A DNA stretch of 58,673 nucleotides, filler included, from Jimgerdemannia flammicorona (lineage: Eukaryota), in assembly GCA_003990765.1 (NCBI GenBank). It is 2 parts of 2 records of this genome, joined end to end, with 100 filler letters (N's around TTAATTAATTAA, not from the genome) between each part and the next. Parts side by side here need not be neighbours in the genome. Positions count along the whole stretch, not along the records: positions 29,392 to 58,673 come from RBNJ01000507.1; 1 more part is not named here. The stretch is one strand, 5' to 3'. Below the pieces are notes generated by a model. It was not told the DNA's origin. It did not search any database and saw nothing but the letters and a program-made list of their open reading frames with translations. Positions 49,562 through 58,673 of the stretch are shown here, in pieces. The first letter of the stretch is position 1. Every line of letters begins with the position of its first letter. A program made the translations under genes and the position numbers.

Positions 49562-52500
49562 ATGGCTACTAGTCCAAGCAGTGCTAGCAGCGTGCCGCCA
49601 AGTTCTGGTAACACGAACACAAACATAGCTGGAATGGGTTTCACTTTCATGATGATGAACATTCTGGCAGTGGTGCCAACATTAATGGTAAAGAGGACGA
49701 TTCCTGTCTTTGACGGTAAGGACTATGCCATATGGGCATACCATATGAAGAATCTCCTAGAAGAATGTGGTTTGGAGGACTACTGGAAGCCACAGGCACA
49801 AGTAATGACATACAATACTGTGAAAGATCGCAAAGCACTAAGGGAGATTATATTCACCCTTTTGAATGTGCAAATGAAGCTGGTAATCAATGCTACGATG
49901 GCAAATGAAGCCTGGGAGATTTTATGCAATCACCATCAACAGGCATCCATGTCAAACAGATTCCACTTAAAGGCACAACTATTCAATCTTCATATTAAGT
50001 CCAAGGAGAGTATCCGGGACTATGCCAATCAAGTTGACGAGCTGGCAAATCAAGTAAATTCCCTTACATCTATGCTGGTGGACATCATCAAGGATGAAGA
50101 TAAGGTCCTGGCTCTTATACGAGGCCTTTCTGAAGCATACAACGTGGTTGTTGCTGCTATGAGGGAATCCGGCAGATTATCAGATTATAAGCATATCGTC
50201 ACAAGCCTTTTAAATGAGGAAACAAGGCTAGGCAGCAACAATGCCAATGAGGAATACGACAAGAAAGCATTCTACAGCAGAGCACATAGACAAGGCAAAG
50301 GCAAGTCGAACAAAGGTAAAGGCCAGCAACGTGAGAAATTCGATGGTAAATGCTTTTACTGTAATAAGCATGGACATCGTGAGCAGGACTGCAACCACAA
50401 GAAGAAAGAAAAGGGTGGCCAACAGCAAGGACAATGGCAGGCAAACATGGTGGATGCCAACAAAGAAAACAGCAGTGGCAGAGGTCTATTCTTCGCAGAA
50501 GCGGCAACCTATCCATATACCGAAACCATTGAAATAGGAGGAAATTTGGAACCAACCATCAGTTCCACCAATGCCAGTTGCAGATACAATTCCACCAGTT
50601 CGACATCTATAAATCCTGGTTGACAAAACACTTTTCAGACCATGAAAAATGGTGACATCAACATTGGTGCCAGCGCAAATATAAGCTATATACCGAACAG
50701 TGCTTATGCATGCAGTGAAGAGGTCTGGCTCATGGATTTGGGCACAACACAGCATATGATGGCTCACTAGGAGTGGTTCTCTATGTACAAGAAGTTTGAG
50801 TATCCTATACCTATCAAGCTAGGTGATATAACATCATTTACACTCAAGGGAAAGGCAACATAGGCATATATCTATATGGAAATGTTGATGAACCTTCAGG
50901 CACCTTCGTGGATGTACTATATGCTCCAGATATAGGTAAGAACCTCTTCTCGATAGGCTGGATGATAGCTCGCAGGGATAGAGGAGTAAATATACGCCCG
51001 AACGGTGTAATGGTAATCAATCTGAAGAACAATAAGGAGTTAATGTACACATCGAAAAAGGGGAATCTATACGCAATCAATGGCATCAAGTGGCACTACA
51101 TCTGCATATTCTGCAACTATGACAGGAGAGGATTTCTGGCATATAATGCATGAACGCTTAGGACATATCGGTAAAACGAGTCTTGAATAGATGGTAAGGA
51201 GCAAGTCCGTGTACAGTTTACCAGACTATACACCACTGGATTTCTTTTGTGATGGATGTGCGGCAAACAAGGCTTCCCGGCAACCTTTTCAGGAACAAAC
51301 GAAGCGAGCAGCTGGCATTCTCAATTTGATTCATATGGATATTTATGGCCCCATGCGAACGGCATCACACACCAGGAAGAAGTATTTTATTACATTCATT
51401 GATAATTATACATGCAAAGTCTACGTATATTTCATTGTAGGGAAAAACGAGGCATTCGACAAATTCTGGGAATTCAAGGCAGCCGTGGAGAATGAGACAG
51501 GATGTAGAATACAAACCCTATGCTCAGATAATGGCAAAAAATATGTCAGCAAAGGTTTCAGACACTTCTTGAAGAAGAATGGTATATAGCACTCTATGAT
51601 AGCCCCTTATACACCTCAGCAAAATGGCATGGCAGAACGATTCAATTGAATGGTAGGAGAAATGGCTAGAATGATGATGAATATGGCCAGCTTACTGAAG
51701 TCCTTTTGGGTGGAAGCGGTGAATATGGCGGCATATATTCGAAATTATTGTTTCTCTCAAGCTCTAAGCAAGGATCCTGGCAAGCAATCCAGGAACGACA
51801 GCAATCTTACCCCTGAGGAATTATGGAATGGATCCAAGCCTGACATTTCACACTTATGCATATTCAGAAGTGAGGCATACATTCTGGACAAAGGTGACAA
51901 CTGAGGCAAGTTTAAACCTAAGGCAGATAAGCATATATTTCTTGGATACGATGGAGCAGGATACAGACTTTGGAACCCACAGAAATGATGTATGATCATT
52001 TCATGCGATATACAGTTCAAGGAGACTAAGCAGGAAATTTACATGGAAATTCCTATCTCAAATCTGACGGTGAATTTGACAGTATAGCCAGCGACATCTA
52101 CGCCAACTGCAAAGGCTAGCAGAATAACATCTACACCTGGAATGATACTGAAGACTATGCCAAAGACATCCTTGGGACCTATGCCAGTGAAAATGCAACC
52201 CATTCAAATGGAAATGAAGTTGTAAGAACTAAGGATAACAGAAATTATGGACAAGGATGACAAAGAGGATACCTCTCTGAAGGGCAAACAAAATCACAAA
52301 TCCAGAGTTCTAGATACGGATTTAGGAGGTTATTGGGACCTTCCTAAGACATCCCATCATGGCAACAATAGCGGATATCATGTGAACTACGCCGATTCTT
52401 ATGAATGCACATATATTGCAATGACCGGCGAACCGGAGAACTACGATGAAGTCATTCACTCAAATGATAAGAAGGAGTGGAGAAGAGCTATGGATGAGGA

Positions 52501-54010
52501 GTACAGTTTGCTCATCAAAAACAACACTTGGGATCTAGTAAGCCTTCCGGCAGAGCGACAAGCTATAGGATCAAAGTGGGTCTACAAGATCAAGCATAAG
52601 GCTAACAGCAATGTAGAATTGTATAAGGCTTGATTTGTAGCAAAGGGGTACTTACAAGGCTATGGTATAGACTATGACGAGACATTTTCCCTGGTATTTA
52701 AGTTGACTTTGCTTAGAATACTTCTTATAATTGGAGCCGAGTATAACTATGAAATACACCAAATGGATGTAAAGACAGCATTCTTGAATGGTGACATAGA
52801 CATGGAGTTATACATATGACAACTACAAGGATATGAACTATACAACAACGACGGAAACGAGCTTGTATGTAAATTATGCAAAGGGCTCTACAGAATCAAG
52901 CAAGTGGCAAGATTGTGGAATCGAAAGATCAATGGATATCTCCTAGACAATGGATTCAAGCATTGTGAAGCTGATCCATACATATACACCTGACATACAT
53001 CCTCAGGAATGGTATACCTGGGAATTTGGGTTGACAATATTATTTTAGTCAGAACGGCAAGTGAAATCAATGATGTAAAGGCTACACTACACCAGGAATT
53101 CAAAATGACAGACTTAGGCGAAGTGTCCTATCTCCTTGGAATATCGATTACACGTAACAGAGGTGAGCGCGCTATATACCTAATGCAAGCTACATACATT
53201 TGAAATATTCTTGAGCGATTCCGGATGAGTGAATGCAAACCAGTTGGGACACCTATGGAAACATTCATGAAACTAAAGAAGTCTGACACTACGCCCAAGG
53301 GAAACGACATCCCCTATCGACAAGCCATGAGATCCCTCATGTATCTTATGCTTGGGATGAGACCTGACATATCTTTTGCAATCAACAAAGTGGCCCAATA
53401 CTCATCATGCTACAATAATTCGCATTGGATGGTGGTTAAGCACATTCTTCGGTATATCAAAGGTATAGCACATTATACACTCAGCTTAGGCAATGATGGT
53501 AAAGGAGTAAGCAGGAGTACTGTAAATCTCTCCGGCGCATGCGATGCCGATTGGGCCAGCAATTTAGATGACAGATGGTCTACAACAGGATACATCTTTA
53601 AACTAAACGGAAAAGGAGCTATTTCATGGCAAACACATAAGCAATCATTAGTGGCAACATCCTCTATGCAAGCAGAATATCAAGCATTGTCAATGGCAAC
53701 AAAGGAGGCTATCTGGCTTCGAGAACTGTTAAAGGAGCTGGGATACAAGCAACAGCGCTCTACACTACTCCAGCAAGATAACTAATCAACAATTGCTTTG
53801 GCAAAGAATCCTATACATCACACCAGAACAAAACACATTGACATACAGCATCATTTCATATGTGAATACATGGAAAATGGCACTATACACCTTGAATACA
53901 CCCCAACAGAATATATGATGGCAGATTCATTGACTAAAGCCCTTCCAAAGGCAAAGTTTGACTTATGTATACAAGGAATGGGTATTATGGGACTCTACGC
54001 TAGTAATTAA
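49562..54010 (+). pseudogene. Copia gag-pol polyprotein with stops and frameshifts
   Basis: CFYCNKHGHREQDC, WLMDLGTTQHM, HERLGH..CDGC, HMDIYGP, SDNG, QNGMAER, KWVYK, QMDVKTAFLNG, DADWA, KHIDI. Confidence 0.95.
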
Positions 54011-54267
54011 GGACAATTCAGGATGAGATAGGAAAATAGAGTGACAGCAAGCTTCTTTAATATTGATTCCTGCATTGGTGATTTCTACCAACATTGCTCA
54101 TCTATGAATGTTCAAATTTCTACTTTTCAACCAATTTTTTGAGCTTTAAGTAGGCAATTTGGGTGTTTTTTGGTTTCTAGATAGCAGTCTGAACATTATA
54201 GCGAGATTTGCAGTGGTTATAGCTTAGTATTGCAGTTTGGGAATTTGCATATCTCATTGAGTGGGAG

Positions 54268-54420
54268 TATTGAAATATGTAGGTTACAACTCAATATATG
54301 GTGGCACAGCCTTCCTTGACTACATTATTATGTAAACATCACTAATTGTGACGTGTAAAAGCACATAAGAATTAGCAATAAACAGTTTGCTTCTCCCTCC
54401 ATTCCAAGTATTCCACAATA
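54268..54420 (+). repeat. Copia 3' LTR
   Basis: 153 bp; differs from the 5' LTR only by transitions. Confidence 0.95.
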
Positions 54421-56486
54421 AGCTGCAATCTCAGACTACTAGTAATACTGTACAAAACTCTCCCAAAACTTCACACTCTCTTAGCCAATGTTCAGGTATT
54501 TGTACCACTCCCCCCTCTTGAGTAATGTCTATGCATTCCTTATACTCAAACATACTATCTACTACCAAGTGCTCTGACCAATAGTTGAGTATCACATTCT
54601 GCCTAAGAAATCTCCACCATATTACTCAGAACTTGTAGAGAAGCCACTACATCACCTTCTTGCTCTAAAGTCAAATACTATTCTAGTCCCACTCCTTACC
54701 AATCTCTACTCTTTACTATACTTTAGGCCATATGTCCCCCCCAAGTCTCTACATAAATTCTATTCCATTATTAAGCTGAAAATCCTCTACCAATATATCT
54801 TCCAGCAGTAGCTGGGACTAGCTCTACATCTGTGGTCCACAGTCCTCCTCTCCCTTATCACCCCTCTACTGAAGTCTAATTCATCTTGCACTATTTACCA
54901 CTCCCTACCAAAAACCTTTGTAACATATCCTCTTGCTCTCATTTATGACCACCATTGCAAGCAGGTCACCAGTCACTCTACAAGGAGAGTACCAGACTTC
55001 CCACACCCTCTGTATAAGTGGTACCCTCTTCCAGACTCTTAAATCACTCACTTTCTTCAACCACTATACTCTTAGGCAATAGATGCTTGGTAAAGTCAAC
55101 TAAGCCCAGTCTGCCTCTATTGACAGACAAAGTCAGAATCTTCCAGCCTATCTGACTTCACTGTTCAGTCCAAATCTATGATCTCACCATCTTCAGAAGT
55201 CACCTGACCACTCATGCTGGGATATCCAGTGATACCCCACATACATATCACAGCTTTGGCAGCCAATTTACATTCAGCACCATCACTCTTCCTACCAAGG
55301 ATATATGCTGACCACTACATCTCAAGAGAATATTCCCCCTACTAGTAGCTGCTGTTCCCACCATATATATAGCAGAAGGGACCCATATGCTAAAAAGTAG
55401 ATCCCCAAGTACTGAACTAGTTCTTCTGCTGGAACCTTATTCCAATCATATTACTGCCAACTATTCTGCCACCTAGCATCAGAGTCTCACATTTGTACCA
55501 GTTGAGCTTAACATCTGAGCCCCTCTCATACCATTCCAAAGTCCTTCTTAATTTCTCTACATTCTCTAATAAACTCAGTCTAACTACTATGTCATTTGCA
55601 AAAGCCCCCACCTTCCTGTTAATTCCCAAAATATTGAAACCCCTAATTCAATACCAGATCCTGTCCAATAGGAGCTCTAAGTAAAGGGTATATAAGATGG
55701 ATAATAAAGGATCTCCTGGTGGTACTCCACAACCTAGCAGAAAAGTCACACTCTTGTACCCATTCACTACCAATACTGCTTGACTGTTTTCCAATAGACT
55801 GATTAATGATCTTCTATACTCTGGGAGAACTTCTACATATTTCAGCACTCCCTTCAAACCCTCCTCACTGTATTATATGCCTTCTCCTGATCCTGAAACA
55901 CTAACTGGCCATTAACTCTAGCTGCCTAGGCCTCTTCAATCACCTTATAAACCCAGGCAGTTCTATCTCAGATCAACTTTTTTTTTTTATTATAAAACGA
56001 GTAGATAATAGTGGAAGAGTTTAGAGCGAGATGTGATACTGTTACGGCGGATATGAAGGTCAGCGGTAAAAGGTCAAGCAGTTATAAAAAGCTTATGTGA
56101 ATTTTCACAACGGAACAGAAAGTGGAATAAAGTGTTTTCCGAAGCAAGGTGCAATTGATCTGCAACCCGCCCTCAGCACCGCAATGTACGGTGGTCTTTA
56201 TTCAATTTGAGAAACAAAGTTCAGGTAAACAAAGACACGGATCTAACCCCAGAATTCCGGAATCGGATAGGTGCATAAGTACCCGGACCTTGCCCCGATC
56301 CAAACAAAGGTCTGAATCGGGCTTCGTCAATCTATACACATGACAGGCCATTAAAAACCCGATATAGTAACAATCGGGAAAAGGTACCGGTCACGTGATC
56401 TAATGTTACACATAACATAAACAATGCCAAAAAACGGAACTAGACCAATGACGCAATATGTGTCATCACGTGATTGTCACTTATAG

Positions 56487-56686
56487 GTTTAAAAACCTAA
56501 AAATTATCGGCACCCGAAGGCGCAGGCATCAGGCCTAGAGCCTCGCGACCAGAGCGGAGTAGAGCCTCAGCACTGGAGCGAGCGAAGCGAGCGGAGGTAG
56601 ACAGGCATCACGGAGCGTAGGTACGCAGGCATCAGGCTTAGAGCCTCGCGCCGGAGGTTGTCCGGCGATTTTTCGCATTTTTAAAC
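56487..56686. repeat. Inverted-repeat-bounded GC-rich module with a 27-bp direct repeat
   Basis: Arms at 56487-56510 and 56662-56686; CGCAGGCATCAGGC(C/T)TAGAGCCTCGCG at 56521 and 56624. Confidence 0.8.
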
Positions 56687-56716
56687 ATCGCACGGCACAT
56701 ACAAGTGGTGCGGCCT

Positions 56717-58673
56717 TCAAGGAGGACTTATAGCGAAGCTGGTGTTTGAGATGGCATTAAGAATGGTAAAACCATTCTTCCGGGCGATGATTGGTCGTCG
56801 GGCAGTCGCAGGGAAACCAAAATGAAGCAAAGCGGTATGTAGAGTCTTGTCGGGTTGTTGATGTAGCCATCGGGCCATGTCATATTGGATGACAAGCGAC
56901 GGGGGAGGAAAAGCGGAGTGGGGAATGGGGGGGTGGGAAATAAGAGGAGGGGTGAGAAGTGAAGTTCGGACCTCAAGCCAATCAACCAAACTCAATTGAG
57001 TGGTTACAATATCAACAGGGTATCCTTTCCTGTGAATCAGGAAGTCGGCCAGAGACCGATACTCATCAAGCCAATCACGGCGAGAAGAGCAGAGTAGCGA
57101 AAGGCGGCGGGCCTCATTCACAATATATAGACGAAGTGTCTTCCTAGGATGATTGCTCAACCAGTCAACAAACTGAGTACTACGCAGGAACTTGACAAAA
57201 CGGCCTGTGCAGAACGGTGTGACTCAGATTTCCAGGTCTAAGTAATGGCACAGTCTGGTGGATAAGACTTCCCATTCGATACGATGGTGCGGAGGGTACA
57301 TAGCAGCAAAGATCGAGGCCAAGTCCATAATCGCAGGCGTAAAGATAATAAGATCATCAATATATCGGCGGAACTTTAGCTCAGCAATGATGGCTCAGCT
57401 AAGCAGATGATCGGGCGTTTGCAAGGTGTGCAACTCATGAGCAAAACCAACAAGATTGGCAAGATCCAGAGTACAGTTAGTGCCCATAGCAATACCAGTC
57501 ACAGAGCGGAAGGAACCGATGGCAGATGTAAATGTCGTATGAGTCATGACTATGCAGACAAGGCCGAGAACGGCTTCAAGCGGCAAAGAGCCAGGGGGGA
57601 AGGCCACCGTCAACAAGAAGGTGAGGCAGTCGATGCACTCATCTAATGTGATCCTGGTGTAGAAGGCGGCGAAATCTCCAGTAGCGACGTATAAGCAATC
57701 TGACACATCAAGGTAATCCGATCAAACCAATTGAAGCAGTTCAAGTATATCATGCAGAGGTGAATAATGGGAATAACCCACATTATGGCGCAGATGGGCC
57801 AACCACAGATGGAGAAAGCGAGATAGAAAACGTGAAATCTCGGTCGTGGGAGAGTTAAACGCTCCAACGATAGGGCGCCATGCCACGCGAGCCCCTTTGT
57901 GTACCTTGGGCAGAGCATGAAACACAGGTAGCTTACAATCATTGGGCTCCATGAGGTGTTCCCAAATCGGTATACAATTATGATTGCCGATGCAGAACTC
58001 GAGTAGACCAAGAAGGTCTAGCCTCACTGATTCCTTAATGTTATCAATCGTAGAGGGATCATTCACATACGCAGGATCGTGAAGGAGGGACCGAAGACCA
58101 TCAAGATAAAGAGCATGCAGTATAACGGCAAACCCCAGATTCTTGTCGGTAAGACAGACAGTGAAGTCATCATGAGTACGGATGCCTTTAAGAAGGCAGC
58201 GGAACTTCTTTGGTACAAGCGCACCAGACACATTCGTCGTGGGTCGGACAGCTTGATTTAAGGCAGCACTCATATGGAGTATAATTTGCATATTTTCCAT
58301 ACAGTGCGGCAGTCGCCATTTAGATGGCACCCAGGTGGAGATCTCCGGGACATTGTCAGGATCGGGTCACTCCATCCTTTCACCGGTAACATTCAGGTGA
58401 CACAAGATTTGGACAACACTTTCTGCGAAGTTTTTGGTGAAAAGCTACTATCAACATGGCGAGCAACGAGCATTCTGGTGGGCATGGCGGCCAGGGGGGC
58501 AGCAGTGCCTTCGGCTGGCAGCAGGTCGGGAGGAAAAGAGGAGATGGTCTGGGGATGCCAGGGCCGTCGGTGGTTGGAGGTGGCGCTGGGGGTGGGGGAA
58601 GAGGCGGACTGAGGCAGCGAGGTGGGGGGAGGACGACCTTTGCTGACAAGGTCAGGATGGGGAAGATGGCAGC
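56717..58673 (-). pseudogene. Penelope-type RT of family 2 (few TGA stops; no C-terminal GIY-YIG)
   Basis: TDKNLG, LPKVHK, WRPIVG, GDFAAFYTRI, GIAMG, RYIDD, YLDL, EARRL...KGYP; the ORF stops at 56717. Confidence 0.92.

Larger units (their letters stand above)
49343..54420 (+). mobile_element. Complete Ty1/copia LTR retrotransposon
   Basis: 153-bp LTRs, 5-bp TSD AGCTG at 49338-49342 and 54421-54425, PPT GAGTGGGAG, gag-PR-IN-RT-RH order. Confidence 0.97.
48881..55977 (-). mobile_element. LINE 3' portion interrupted by the copia element and cut by PLE family 2
   Basis: A-rich tail at 48881-48900; 3' UTR like 17100-17190; GVPPGDPL and AFAND at 55580-55740. Confidence 0.88.
55978..58673 (-). mobile_element. 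Penelope-like element family 2 (RT, ~730-bp 3' region and short A-tail); continues beyond the window
   Basis: PLE RT motifs; CpG-rich 3' region ends in TATAATAAAAAAAAAAA, directly against LINE sequence. Confidence 0.8.

Noticed and set aside
56521..56650. CRISPR-like repeat-spacer pattern
   Set aside because: Only two repeats, a eukaryotic retroelement context and no cas genes.
57395..57724. In-frame TGA codons as recoding or an alternative genetic code
   Set aside because: Window-wide CpG decay explains CGA-to-TGA; TAA and TAG stops and frameshifts also occur in neighbouring elements.

Overview
Eukaryotic, almost certainly fungal, heterochromatin-like window made almost entirely of nested, C-to-T hypermutated transposable elements. 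An early-diverging fungus is an inference from the element types. I found no intact host gene, RNA gene or CRISPR array. Contents: (1) four copies from two families of endonuclease-lacking Penelope-like retroelements (PLEs), including a head-to-head palindrome; (2) two families of dUTPase-bearing Ty3/gypsy elements, one complete with 484-bp LTRs and a TSD; (3) a complete Ty1/copia element; (4) one full-length and several partial L1/Tx1-type LINEs; (5) a decayed hAT; (6) a possible foldback element; (7) an artificial 100-bp contig spacer at 29292-29391. Two signals stand out. First, both PLE families carry, just after the RT ORF, a module with a TTAAAAA-containing inverted repeat around a ~150-bp core rich in CGNAG mini-hairpin motifs on the cDNA strand, and this module is the exact axis of the PLE palindrome. 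Second, both Ty3 families carry a homologous, gaplessly alignable extra ORF between integrase and the 3' LTR. All alignments were made by eye; boundaries without a TSD or LTR are approximate.
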